Positions 11,501-23,799 are shown, numbered from the whole stretch's first letter. The stretch is DNA of 63,144 nucleotides, filler included, from Intoshia linei (GCA_001642005.1; 8 parts of 8 records of this genome joined end to end with filler, not necessarily neighbours in it), one strand, 5' to 3'. The notes: a model not told the origin generated them from the sequence alone. Numbers and translations: made by a program.

Positions 11501-14440
11501 GATCCCTCATTTAAAATTAAACTTATTTTTAAAAATATTTTACTGGTTTTAGTATAAAATTCAAGACTTAAACTCAATGTTTGATATTTACGATAGGAAA
11601 TCGGAAATTCGAATAATTATGAATCAAATAAAAGAGTTAACTTCAGAATTGGGTTCAATTGGGTCTTCTTATACATTGAAAAAACAATATAATGAAATTA
11701 CAGAAAAATTGAAAAAATTGAAAGACAAAGTAACACTTGGTGTTTTATTTTATACTTTTTTTTAGGAAGATCAACTCAACTCTAAAAATTCAAAATTAAA
11801 ATCTGAAATGGAATTGATTGAAAAAAATATCAATTTATATCAGTATAAAAATGCAAACAAATTGTATCGAGACAAACAAATTGATATTTACGTAATTTTT
11901 GTTATTCTCATTTCAGTATTTTAGACTACAGAAGTTTTAGTCCGCGAAATTTCTACCTACATGAAAGCCTTAGATTTGTATTTTTATAATATTCATTAAT
12001 ATTAATATTAAATTTTTAGGAGCATAATGCAGGACCATGGATTGAAAATATTAAAAATTAATAGGATTATTGATGAATACTGGAGATCTACATATCGTGG
12101 GTCAGGTTATATTATAAAATTTTTTTTATTAATAGTTTTTAAATTTTTTTTGTAATTTTCTGATTTAGATATTGAAACTATTGAAATCAAATTTCGGGAT
12201 GAAGGCGAAAAAATGACTGGTAAATTGAAAAGAACTTTTACTTACAGTATAATTATGGTAAAATCTGGTGTTAAAGTGGATATGAGGGGAAGGTGTAGTA
12301 CAGGTCAAAAGGTATCTATTTCCAGGTGTGTGGACAACATGTTCCAGACTGTGCTTGATTTATAAAATAAATGAATTTTTATACTACTGATAATTTTATA
12401 AGGGTGTCTACTTAAATCCAATCATTTTTACTAAAATTTTTAATAATGTCCTAGAGACGTAATGTCCTTAAAATGAATTATTTGTTAATAATAAAATAAT
12501 AATAATGTAACAAATTGTTATACAGAATGAATTTAACAGTTTCTATAGTTCGCATAAAAATAAATGCATACCAAGTTAATTGACTATTAAAATATCGCAG
12601 AGGATTTGTTATCGTTCATTAACCGCATTTTTTAAAATTTAATAATATATAGAAAATGTAATATTATTTATAACAAAAATTAAATTATCTTTAACTAAAT
12701 GGAAATATTGAAATCACAAAAAGGTACACCGATTTTTGCATTAAATAGTTATCTTTTTACAATCAAAAGAGAGAAAGATGACTATTCATTAGAGGTGTAG
12801 AGTTCGAAGTTATAGATCTCATGCAATAACAAATATAAATTTGAATTGCTTAAATGATAGTTTTTTGAAAGAAATTACTGATCCTTCGGAATGAAGTAAA
12901 TTGAAAAAGAGGAATGATATGAAAAGGAAATGCATTGAAGCAGTTACAGAAATTCCGTTATCTATTGTTACTGATATTATGTCTGGTGATCCAAGTGATA
13001 TTATTATATGTACAGGAACGGAGAATGCATTAACTATAGGAGGTATAGGGCTCCGCGGGTAAATTTAAAAGCTATTGCACATTCTGATTTCGCAATTGAT
13101 GAAAAAATAAAAATATCAAAAAGAAAACAGTTTTATAGGTATGGCCCAGGAAATTATTGTTTTCTTCCAATTTATGAAAATATTGCAATGTTTTTTACAG
13201 ATTCTATGACATCGATCTTACATAAATAAAAAGTATGGTCAATAGATGGAACATTCTATGTTGTACCAAAACCATATTATCAACTGTACACAATATCAAT
13301 AATTAAGAATCATCTTGTTTTACCAGTTATGTTTTGTTTATTGAAAAATAAGAAAAACTACATATTTTAAGATGCTAACAATATTTAATAGATTTATTAT
13401 AAACTTACACCCAGATATAATTCTCTGTGATTATGAAAAAGCTGCAATTTCTGCATTTCAATATTTTTACTCAACCTGTAGATTGTCAGGGTGCTAATTT
13501 AATCTAGGGTAGTCTATTCAACGAAAATTACAAAAAAAAACTTATGGCTGAATACAGACGTTTTTACGAAATTAGAATATATTAGAGTGTTAAGTGCACT
13601 GTCCTTTATCCCTGAATATCGAGTTAGAAGAATGTATTATACCGTTCGTGGTAGTGTTGATTTTCCTGTGTTATTAAGCTCAATATATAATTATTTTTAT
13701 AAAAATTTATATTGGTCAAAGCGTCAGATACCCCATACATGTCTGGAATGTATTTTGAAATATTTAAAAGTTGGTAAAACTGGATTTTTTTTTAAGGTTG
13801 TTAAAACTAAATTTTTCATGTTAGTGTTGGTAAATTTTGATTAGTAAAAATGGTTGGATTTAAGTAGACACCCTTGTAAAATTATAAGTAGTATAAAAAT
13901 TCATTTATTTTATAAATCAAGCACAGTCTGGGACATTTTGTACGCGTACCCTATTTCCGTTATCATTTAAAAATAAAATTATAATTTTTTTTAGGTTTTG
14001 GCTTCAGTTATAATTCGTCTGGCGTTAGCCGAGACATTTTGCTCAAAACACGCATTTCTCACTCTCGATGAACCTACTTCCAATTTAGATCATGAAAATA
14101 TGGTTGCAATGGCCGCTTCACTGATACAGTAACGTTATATTTTTATATTTATGGTCATTTCGTTTATATATGTTACCAATTCTACGAGTAGGTAAACCAT
14201 TCAAAAATAAATCCAATACTTAGATTATTGCAAAACCTATCTGTTAGAAATAATTATCAGTTGGTTGTAATATCTCATGATGCAGAGTTTATTGAACTGT
14301 TGGCCAGAAACGAAGGTGTGCATCAATATTATTACATTCAAAATTCAAAGTAAAATTCAAATATTATTATATTAGTATTATTTATGTTAATATTTATTTG
14401 TTTTAGCGGGTTTTCCAAAATAACTACAAAAAATTTTTAG
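5508..14440 (+). CDS. RAD50: DNA repair protein RAD50; about 29 exons, roughly 1,300 aa
   Basis: Walker [18 protein letters not shown]-loop [16 protein letters not shown], long coiled coils, zinc hook CPLC (~10096-10107), signature [25 protein letters not shown], Walker [13 protein letters not shown]-switch QLVVISHD. Last exon 14407-14440 ends in TAG. Coiled-coil exon boundaries are approximate. Confidence 0.97.
7802..8137. mobile_element. hAT MITE in a RAD50 intron
   Basis: TIR cagaggtgggga / tccccacctctg; perfect 8-bp TSD gtatacat at 7794-7801 and 8138-8145. Confidence 0.9.
8576..8983. mobile_element. hAT (Charlie-like) MITE in a RAD50 intron
   Basis: Imperfect TIR cagtagtttccgatt / aatcgggaaccaatg; TSD ctctaatg / ctctaatt. 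Confidence 0.7.
11200..11508. mobile_element. Probable degenerate MITE in a RAD50 intron
   Basis: gggatcga / tcgatccc inverted ends and an internal hairpin caactg..cagttg. No clean TSD. Confidence 0.4.
12325..13950 (+). mobile_element. Mutator-like element (MULE) with decayed FLYWCH-MULE transposase, inside a RAD50 intron
   Basis: ~110-bp TIRs (ggtgtgtggacaacatgttccagactgtgcttgatttataaaataaatgaatt.. / ..aattcatttattttataaatcaagcacagtctgggacattttgtacgcgtacc) and 9-bp TSD ctatttcca / ctatttccg. Remnant peptides [64 protein letters not shown] with several stops and frameshifts. Confidence 0.92.
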
Positions 14441-14585
14441 TTAAGTAAATTTTGTAATCTGTTAATATATGTATTTATATAAATATCTTGTCTTGTTGTA
14501 GAATAATATTGACTTTACGAAACTTTATTGATCTTTTCAGGTAAATATTGTGATTTAATTTTTCTAATTGTTTACAGTATTTATC

Positions 14586-14685
14586 NNNNNNNNNNNNNNN
14601 NNNNNNNNNNNNNNNNNNNNNNNNNNNNNTTAATTAATTAANNNNNNNNNNNNNNNNNNNNNNNNNNNNNNNNNNNNNNNNNNNN
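14586..14685. other. Assembly gap with TTAATTAATTAA linker; identical gaps at 24462-24561, 41897-41996, 51491-51590, 53746-53845, 58276-58375, 60680-60779
   Basis: All seven are 44 N + TTAATTAATTAA + 44 N; the 12-mer puts stop codons in all six frames. Confidence 0.97.
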
Positions 14686-15882
14686 ATAAAAGAAAAATGG
14701 AACGTGAGGAGGCAGAATTGCAACGGAAATTGACAGAGAAACAGATTTATTATATTAAAATTATATATATATATTATAATATCACAATTACAACAATTTA
14801 AAATTAATGGTATTGAGTGTGATAACAATTGTGTGGATTTAATTCAAAATAATGTAAACTTGAATCAAACACATCATGGTGGGCAGGTATCAAAACTGTA
14901 TTGTCAGGATATTGCAAAGTATTGTATAAAAACACACACTTCGTCACGGAAAATGCAAACCATTTTAAAAACTGTCACCAATTATGCAGTTCCTTCAAGA
15001 ACAAGCTGTATTAATGCATTAAACGAAGAAATTGGACGTTGCAGTGATAAAATTAAAATAGACATTGATACATTCAAGAAAGATTTCTGTATTCAATTTG
15101 ACGGAAAAAGTGCTCGTGGTTATGATAATATTGTAGAGTTTTTATCGGTGTGTCTCACATCGGATGGATTTTCTAAGATGATTGCTCTTCGAACTCTGAC
15201 TAATTCCAAAAGTGATACAATATTTACTGAATTACAAAAAGTGATTACAAAATACAATATTTTATTCAGTATTAAACTCATCATATGTGATACCACTGCA
15301 ACAAATACCAGACCCATTAATGGAGTTGTTGCACAAATGCAGAAACTAAACGGTAATATAGAATATGTAGGTTTTATGTCCTAGATTTGATTTTGAGGCA
15401 TGTTTTAAATCAGATATTTGGATGTGGAACTGTATCTCCAAATATTCATTATTCTTTTGTTAACGCGATTCGCGATAATTATTCGTCCCTATACAGCAAT
15501 TATATTGGGACAATTGATATTGAATATGAAAATACTCTAAGTGGACAAATGATTATAAGGAATTATATGAATTGGTGAACTGTTATAAAACACTTAGAAA
15601 ATAGTTTTAACTAAATTTAATAATTATGTATAAAAAATTTTATTCTACATTCAAAACTATTAATTGAATTTTATTTGGCTTTCCTAGAATTAATTTGATT
15701 ATATAAGTAATACTCTTAATATTCATATTTAAATAATAATTTGATATTCTGTGCCCTTGAGAACCCTTATAAACTTTTTGAATTTTTTTAAGATTTTGGA
15801 TTTTATGTCTGCTGATCAAAACGAAAACTTTTGGATCTTGTCCTATCAGAAATTCATAAATATTGAAATTATGTCCACCCTA
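14686..15882 (+). mobile_element. hAT-superfamily (hATm-like, TAGGG termini) transposon, copy 1; internally deleted, left end in the gap
   Basis: CIQFDGK..CDTTATNT..NGVVAQ..LILRHVL DDE-core motifs; right terminus tgtccacccta followed by atgtatag. Near-identical to 50010-51490 but lacks the ARWNSR..TNEICERS segment. Confidence 0.8.
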
Positions 15883-15889
15883 ATGTATA

Positions 15890-16200
15890 GTTTCCAAATA
15901 ATAAAACTACACCAACTTTGACTTCATTTTCATTGAATGCATTCCCGTTAGTTAAGTGGAATTGGATATACTATGTTGATGTTTTCTTAGCGGTAGAAAT
16001 AATTAGTCCAGTATTCATATATACAGTCCTATATGACTTTGTTTTATTTTAAGCCTTACGTTGTACTGTCTTAAATTTTCGCTCATTTAAAGACATTCCA
16101 CGTCCCATTTTGCATTTATAATGTGTGTCATCATTGATGATGACTCATCATATCTGATGAAATTATTGATAGCATGGATAATTTTTTTTACCATCCTAGC
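15890..16200 (-). pseudogene. Tc1/Tc3-like transposase N-terminal remnant
   Basis: KCKMGRGMSLNERKFKTVQRKA* is homologous to KCRIGRPMYLNERKIRTIRRKA in the 53910-54161 ORF. Confidence 0.6.
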
Positions 16201-16899
16201 AATTTAAGAAACGTTTTGACTTTTATATTTTAAACTTTATTTTCAATGATTTACACTGGGTTACAGCTATTTATGTAATATTTTCTGAATAAACTTTTTT
16301 CTAGGAAATGTAAGTGTGTAATATAATACATAATTTAATAACCCAAAAAGCAAGCATCCATTTACAAGAATGAATGTAGGTCTACTCTTTACCCTTTTAT
16401 AATACTCTCTTGTGTTTTTCTCTAATACGAGTAACTCAACTAATACGATAACATTAAAAAATTTGTATTTTTAATAAGAGCCACGAATAATAAAAAACAG
16501 ATGAAGGGGTCATGCACAGAAAAAGGTCTTATAATCCCATTTTCAGGTAGGTCATACATTTCAATGATTTCTTTTATACCATGTATGTAAAAGAGTGTGG
16601 TGGCATAAATTAATATCAAGTTCAAAATTTTATCGTCGTGCTTAACTGATTTTCGCAATTTCAGTATATTTTAATGGTGACATATTTACGATGTCATAGT
16701 GTTTGTAATGATAATTATATTACAATTTAATACTAATTTTTTCTACCACTAAGAGTGATTCCTATTTGTACAACATTCTAATTTTTCATTAATCTAGGAC
16801 AAGGGTGGTGTCCTTGTGAGTCCCCACTGTACTTTTCTGAAAATTTGAAACTTGGTTATATTTTTAGTTTTCAATATTACAATTACTAAATTTAATATA

Positions 16900-17681
16900 C
16901 AGTGCGCGACATAAGTCTTAGGCACCCCCATTGTAATTAATTTAAACATTCCAGGTTAATGATTTAAGACATTTTCTTATATCATATCTAGTTTATGATC
17001 AAGAACAAATATTTTACAATCCTAAAAAAGTAAAAACAATAAAAAATTTTTAATAATTAATGAAATATAGGTACTTCTAATTAAAATTGCAAAATTCCGA
17101 GCGACATAAGTCTTAGGCACCTATAAAATAATATAATTAATTATATTAATATATCAAAATATTAGATAAATATGTATAAAATTACTAATATTTAGTATTC
17201 CATCCTTTATTTGGTATGACTGGGAATTCTTCTGGGCAATGAAGTATACAAACCTTGAATATTTTCTAGAAGTACGCGGTCCCATTCTTCCTGTATAAAT
17301 CTCCACAGTTCTTCTATATTGGTTGGATGTCGCTTATAAACTTTATCTTTCAAAATTTTCCACATATATTAAATAATATTTAGATGTGGGCTTTGCGCGG
17401 ACCAATCTTTTAATGTTTTTATACAATTTACCCTGATAAATTGGCAGGTTGTCTTTGCTGTGTGGCACGGTGCTCTATTTTTTTCAATATCGTAAACAAA
17501 AGTGAATGAGTGAGTGAGTAACTTTTTATTACTTTTTTTCATAGTTTTTACTTTTTTAGGGTGGTTAAATATTTGTTCTTGATCATACATCAGATATGAT
17601 GTAAAAAAATGTATTAAATCATGAACCAGGAGTGTTTAAATTAATTACAATGGGGGTGCCTATGACTTATGTCGCGCACTG
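16900..17681 (-). mobile_element. Tc1 element, internally deleted, long IR/DR-type TIRs
   Basis: TA-flanked termini cagtgcgcgacataagtc(t/a)taggcaccccc with inverted similarity over ~150 bp; inner direct repeat gcgacataagtcttaggcacc at 17101. Remnant HTAKTT..DWSAQSPHLNII*YMW..LW..IQEEW (WPxQSPDLNPIE motif). Confidence 0.92.
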
Positions 17682-17899
17682 TATAAAAAAAAGAAAAATT
17701 AAAAAAATAATTAACAAATCAGATTCTATATATATTCTGTATATTTGCATGCAGACCCGAACATACTAATTAAGACACCAATTGAAAATGAAAAATAAGG
17801 GCCTACATTTTCGCATAAAATAAAAATTTCGCAAACACTTAGTTACCTATGCAAGGTTTAAACTTGACATTTTAAATTTAGCATACAAAATATTTGATA

Positions 17900-19500
17900 C
17901 AGTATAACCCCGCTTTAGGTCATATTTTTTGAAAAGTGCCCCAAAATCAGGGGTTTTAGTAAGTTATCTAATTTTTCATTCCAATACGTTATGATATTAT
18001 ATTTGTTTCTTATACAGTCCAAGATGGTTTAGGGCAGCGCTTCCCAACATACTTCCTAATTTCTGGTACCCCTTAGGGATCCCAGTAGCCCATTTGGTGA
18101 CCGCTCATTTAGGATGATATTATCAGCTAAATACCTGAAAATCAAAAGTTAATAAAAATCTGAAATCAAAGTTATGATTAATTGATTAAGTTGATAATTA
18201 TTAATTATACTTATTAATTATAATTAATAAGTTATCAGATATTAAAAAATAGGTATGAATGAAACATAATGAATTAAATACATATGAAAAGGATTAAAAT
18301 TTATTTTTCACCACGAAATAATCATTTATTTTGTATTTCTTATTATGAATAATTTTAGCAACAGTTGTTCTAAACTCGTAGAATGCTTTCAATAATTTGA
18401 GACAAACCTGATCTATGTTTTCTTCTAATTTGTTTAATATTATAAATGTTTCTGTATAATCACTTGGGGCGACATCTGGCCCATCGTAAAATTCCATATT
18501 TTCATACCCGTGAAAGTTTTCTATAATTATTTCAATTGTTTCCTCAATTTGTGATTCTTTATATTCATTATTAACTTCAATACGATGTTCCTCAATTTTA
18601 ATCCAACAATTTTGACTTCTTCCCATGCCTTTTAAATAAAAAAAATGCTTTGTTTTATATTGATTTGAGAAATTTTCATAGATAAGAAATTAAAATCATC
18701 TTCCAAAAAGAATTCTTTTAAATTACAATAATGATCCTAAAATTTAAATTGGATTAAACAGGTCGTATTCTTTGGTAAAAAGAAAAGTTCCAAATTAAAA
18801 CATTCAAACGGTTTATAACAACTAGCGTTGTCTAAAATAATTATAATTTTCCTATTTTCTGCAATCATATTATTATTTATTATCGTTAACCAGGCATGAA
18901 AAATATTATTTGTCATCCAAACGTTTTTAGATGCATCATATAGAACTCCATAATCATTACAAGATATATTTTTCACGCATCTAGGATTTTTAGCTTTTCC
19001 AACTATCAATGGCTGAAATTTGTCACCGGTTAAACTGCAACAAAAAAGGAGGCGTATTTTTTCTTTGGTTTTTTATAGTATCTTTACAATCATCACTTTT
19101 TTCTACAAAAGATTTAGATGGTAGATGTTTAATATATAATGCAATTTCGTCACAATTGTATATATCATCTTTTTTATATTTCGATTTTAAATTATCATAA
19201 TCAACGTAAAATTTATCAAATTGTGTTTTATCGGATGATTTCCTTTCACCATATAGACATTTAAATGATAAATCCTGTCTTACTTTAAAACGCGCCAACC
19301 ACCCATTAGATGCGTGAAATTTGCAATTTTCAATTTTTTGGTTACATTTAGCTCAATTGCTTTTAATGTTGTACCTGAAACAGAGATATTGTGTTCTCTC
19401 AATTTTAGAAAAGCCTCATAAACCAATTTATCCAAATCAACAAACGTATTAAATAAAGTAGACAAGGTACTTGGTTCATTGACATCAATCGAATTTATAA
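17900..19500 (-). mobile_element. Tigger/pogo transposon, frameshifted transposase
   Basis: CENP-B-type HTH (LDKLVYEAF..ISVSGTTLK..GWLARFKVR), IYNCDE, IVGKAKNPRC, WMTNNIFHAWL, IILDNASC and an acidic tail. ta|cagtataacccc terminus at 17900; a hAT-type fragment at ~18035 appears nested. Confidence 0.9.
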
Positions 19501-19812
19501 TATCATTGTGTAAAATTAGAACCATAAATTTCTCACACCGAGGTTTACCCCAAAACGGGTTCGGACTGCATTTAACAATATAATTTTTTTTAATTCTCAA
19601 TTAGGAAAAATGAGACCGAAGAGGGTCTCAGAGTACGATAGGTTCTGCTCTGTTTGTATGCTGCACTTAAAAAATTTATATTCGAAATGTGTAACTTGAC
19701 ACACTACTTTAAAAAGGTTTATGCACATTGTAATTTTTAATCGCGCTAAGACATAATAGGAAATTTGCTGTGTATTGATGGCGGTGTTTATAAGTTTGAT
19801 TTATTTGAAGAT

Positions 19813-20290
19813 CAGGCGTAGAAGCCAGCAGTAGGTCCGGCACAGATGGAAAAATTAGAATGTAGGCCCCATCATTTTTTTTAAAATTTGGATGTCTATA
19901 CATTGTTTAATCGATCGTAAAATTAAAAATAACAGTTGAAAATCGCATCGGTCATCATAATTTTGACATACTTAAGAAATTTTCCAACATTACCTATTAA
20001 CCCTTTCACTGTCTAATACTATTTTATGATGCATCCCCACACGTCTGGAATTTGTTTTAATTATAAACTTGTATTATTTTTAAATTACCTATGTGAAAAT
20101 GTATGAAAATAAAAGAATAAAGTTTTTCAAAATCATGCTGTGTATATCATAGAATACACAGACGTGTGAAGTGAAATTGCTGTGTATAGTATAGAATACA
20201 CAGACAGTGAAGGGGTTAATAAATTAAAATATTAGGCCCCTCATGATTGTATGCCCGAATCATATGGCCCTACCCCCGTCCACGCCCCTG
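19813..20290. mobile_element. hAT MITE hosting a nested piggyBac MITE
   Basis: Perfect 8-bp TSD ttgaagat at 19805-19812 and 20291-20298; ends caggcgtaga / tccacgcccctg. Confidence 0.8.
20001..20215. mobile_element. piggyBac-type MITE
   Basis: TTAA on both sides (19997-20000, 20216-20219); TIR ccctttcactgtct / agacagtgaagggg; subterminal direct repeat gctgtgtata..atagaatacacagac twice. Confidence 0.9.
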
Positions 20291-21789
20291 TTGAAGATAC
20301 CGTGGTTATGTCGAGTCAAGTCTTATATTTAAACCATTTCGATTGTTAACAGCATATTAACACGTCATATTACTTTATTGTTGAGATTCCAAGTTTATTG
20401 GTATTTACATAAACAAAATAACATTTACATAATTATCCCAGCAGGGTATGTAGAAATGAAAATTATTTTATTACGTTTCACAAAAACGTCCTTAATCGTT
20501 TTTCAAATAAATTTAATTAAATCGAGACCCCTTCTGGAGAAATGAAAGAAATTTTTGTAAATGGGGCTCTCTTTTCTCTAAAATTTAGAATTTAAAAAAA
20601 AATCTTACTTCATAACTATTGTGTCAAATCCAAAGCCGTGTACAGGCTAAAGTCCATATGGCATCATTTGTATAAATTTTTTTTTAAGTTGCTTATTTTT
20701 GATTTTCGGAAGGGCTCGAATGTGGTAGGTTTATCCTACTGAAAAATGTTTGAGATAATGCAGCATTTAAGTCGAAAACAGTTCACCACCCCTGATCTAG
20801 GTTCCTACCCTTTTTCTTCAATTAAAAATCCAGTTACCCATATTTTGTACCATAAATATTCAAATATTTAATGAATACAGTAAACAGAATTATATAAATG
20901 GAAATATGAGACTTTAAATTCAATTTAGTGGTAATTGTGTTTACTCAAATGTATATAAAAATAAAAATATTTGAAATTAAGAATAATGTTGATATATTTG
21001 TTTCACTTTCATGCAATGCCTTGCTCTAACGATTATTTAAATTTAAACATATGATAGGTCGGGTATATAAATTAATACTTTAATTTAGTCATTTCATTGA
21101 CACTTTGTATCGGTTGGGAACCCTGATAACACTAATAAAATATATTAGTTGTGAAATGAGTACAATAAAATTTATTTTTTGGAAAATAATAATTCATTCA
21201 AATAGCTTACATTTACATCGGGGTCAAATATGCTAAAAGTCTTACCACTTCTCTGTATCCGAGGTTTACTAGGTCTACTGTCAAATAAATATTTATCTTT
21301 AACACTATAAAATTATACAAAAATTTAGAAAAATTAAAATTAAATTTACAATGATCTAAATGAAATAAATATCAACGGGTAATACAATATGATTTTGAGA
21401 GCGTAACTCAATTTACGTTTCAAAAATTTTATTCACACTTTTTTACAATATAATATTGAATTGGTTAAATAAATTTTAATTGAAAATGCATTTACTCAGA
21501 ATGACTTGCGTTGTTGTTTGATTTCTGAGAGAGATCTAAAATATTAAATATATAACATTACAATGTAAATGATAGTTTCCAATAGGGCCACCAATATTTA
21601 CTTATTGGAAATGTGTAGACGTTTAATGTACATTTTTTTAAATTATTGGATTAATATTTACATTTTCAATTTTAATTTGATAATATGTTAAAAGTTATTT
21701 TTTATCGGGAATGCGTAGATTACTGGGGTTGAAGTTTTGTATTTATATCAACTAAAACAAGCTGTATCAGAATAATCTTTTTTTTAATT

Positions 21790-22325
21790 GTAGGATCATT
21801 AATTGTTTAAAAATTTTTGTTTTGTTTTTGTTAATAAAATAGTTTCGAAATAACAAAAAATGAATACCAAAGTGTTTTTTGACAGTGAAGACGTCCTTTG
21901 TCAAATTAAGATTTTTTTTAAATTCTAGGACTATTTTCATTTTTTAAAAAAAGGTAATTGGTCTATTATTCTGGTGTTTTGATCATGAAAATTATGTTTT
22001 TTGATATTTCCATTTATGATAATGTTGATGGTTTTAAAAAACTATCCCAGAATTTCTGTTTTATAAAAGTTTAGGACCTGTTTCATTTTTAAAACGAAGG
22101 GTAACTTGTGGTTTTAACAATGAAAGTGTGCGTTTCTGAGGCTGAGATTAACGACAATGTTAATGATTTTAAAACGCGTCCCAGAATTTATATTTTATTA
22201 CATTTTTGAGCTAATTTTTTTAAACAAAACGGAAAATTGGGTTTTTGATCTTGAAGGACAAACATTATAGAGCAAATAATTAAAAGAAATGTTACAAAAT
22301 GTACAGATATTAACATAAACATAAG
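21790..22325 (-). repeat. Dispersed repeat family, probably non-autonomous Helitron; other copies ~25236-25760 (+), ~41005-41630 (+), ~51591-52040 (-), ~54540-54728 (-)
   Basis: Shared core such as ctcagcctcagaaacgca..aaaccacaa..ttctgggatagtt (22040-22190 reversed versus 41205-41350). Several copies begin with tccttacttatataa-like sequence followed by a tgtg/tttg microsatellite, as in invertebrate non-autonomous Helitrons. No TIR or TSD. Confidence 0.55.
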
Positions 22326-22606
22326 TAATTTATAATTCAACTTATCAACAGGTAAAAAATGGAAATTTCAACTTTCAACCAATATGTCGTTGACTCAACA
22401 AAGTGTACGAATACAAATGTTATCAATTTTATCTAACGTTATCATTCATCTGTAAATCAATGATTTAAAATGAAAATTAAATAAACTATTGTGTAATCAT
22501 TAGAGTAATGAAATATTTAAGGGATAATAATAAATAAATGTTTATTTTTTATTTTAGAGGGATTCCCAAATTTCAATGAACAAAATTGAAAAATGAAATT
22601 TCATTG

Positions 22607-23449
22607 TTAATAATTGAAAAGTAAATAATTACTGCATGAAGCAGACATTTTGATAGGAATACTTTTAGGTTTTTCATCTAGATATTTGGTTTGGGCAAGA
22701 GTTTCATTGTTTTCATAAATCCCTAGCATTGTATTATCAACATTATCATCATCGATAAGAGGTATATTTTCAAACTTTTTTTCAAATTCCGTTTCAAATT
22801 TATTCTGTTTTTGTTTTTTAACTGAGTCAAAGTCAAATTTTAAAGTATTAAATAAATTTGGTTCGTCTTGAATATTTGAAGTGGATAAGGTTTTTTCAAT
22901 TTCGGTAGATTTATTATCATTTAAACAGTTTAGAGAAACAGCCACTTCATTATTTCTAAAACCAATATTTGTTATCATATCAAGTAATAATTTCTAACAG
23001 CGTCCTTTAATAAATAGTAGGATAATGAGCTGTTTTGAGGTGCAACACCTAAAACAGTCAACATCAAAATCAACATTTTTAGACCTAATTTTAGTTTAGC
23101 AGAATGAAAAAAACTACCATGACAAAACTTTCCCTCTACCTTTTGAAAGAAAATGACAAAAAAGTTTCCGAGAAAAGCAACACTATTTTTCACTCCTACA
23201 GGGATGGCACAGAAAAAAAATGTAACGACCACTGCATTAGTGTATAATTATTTTGATTACACATTTTTAAATAATGATCGTTGTGAAGGTATAATTAATG
23301 GTATTTTTGAAAAAGCAGTAATAATTTCATTTTTTTCTTCAGCTTCAACTTCACATTCATCTTGCTTTATTGGTCGTATGAAGAATTTTAAATTTTTAGC
23401 AGATTCTTCAGAGGAGGTATCAGTATAACTTTCTTCGTCTAATAATATA
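22607..23449 (-). CDS. Exons of an unidentified gene, possibly a very divergent muniscin (FCHo/SGIP1-like)
   Basis: AG-preceded open exon ILLDEESYTDTSSEESAKNLKFFIRPIKQDECEVEAEEKNEIITAFSKIPLIIPSQR (23449 to ~23261) plus the hydrophilic ORF 22607-22978. Ser/acidic stretch followed by K.FIRPI resembles the FCHo linker motif. Full structure not resolved. Confidence 0.4.
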
Positions 23450-23799
23450 CTAAATTAGAGTTAAATAAAAATTTTCAAAGTGGGTATATCCTAACAAATT
23501 ACATTTGTTGAAATACAAAATACAGGTTATTCTCGATATTTTGACAAAAATAGTTGCAAAAAGTGTTCTAAATATCGTGAATAACTAACAGCAGTATTTA
23601 TATAGCGAAAAATAAATTTAGATTTGAATTTTTTTAAATATTGATTTAAGTGACATTTCTATAATATACATTTTTATTTTTATAACAAATTTTTTTACAA
23701 TTCTCATGATTTATTTTTTGATTTTCATGTTAAAACGGCAAATTAAAATTAAATAAGAGTGTTCGATAGCAAACAGTTGCGGAAGCCTGATGTAAAACA

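Noticed and set aside
5508-14440. Apparent fragmentation of RAD50, AGL and EMC2 suggesting pseudogenes or stop-codon reassignment
   Set aside because: The breaks I traced are explained by GT-AG micro-introns; the 11-kb exon is stop-free in the standard code and TGA/TAG are used as real stops.
14630-14641. Recurrent palindrome TTAATTAATTAA at seven sites
   Set aside because: Always centred in identical N runs; an artificial six-frame stop linker, not biology. ORFs containing X runs are artefacts of it.
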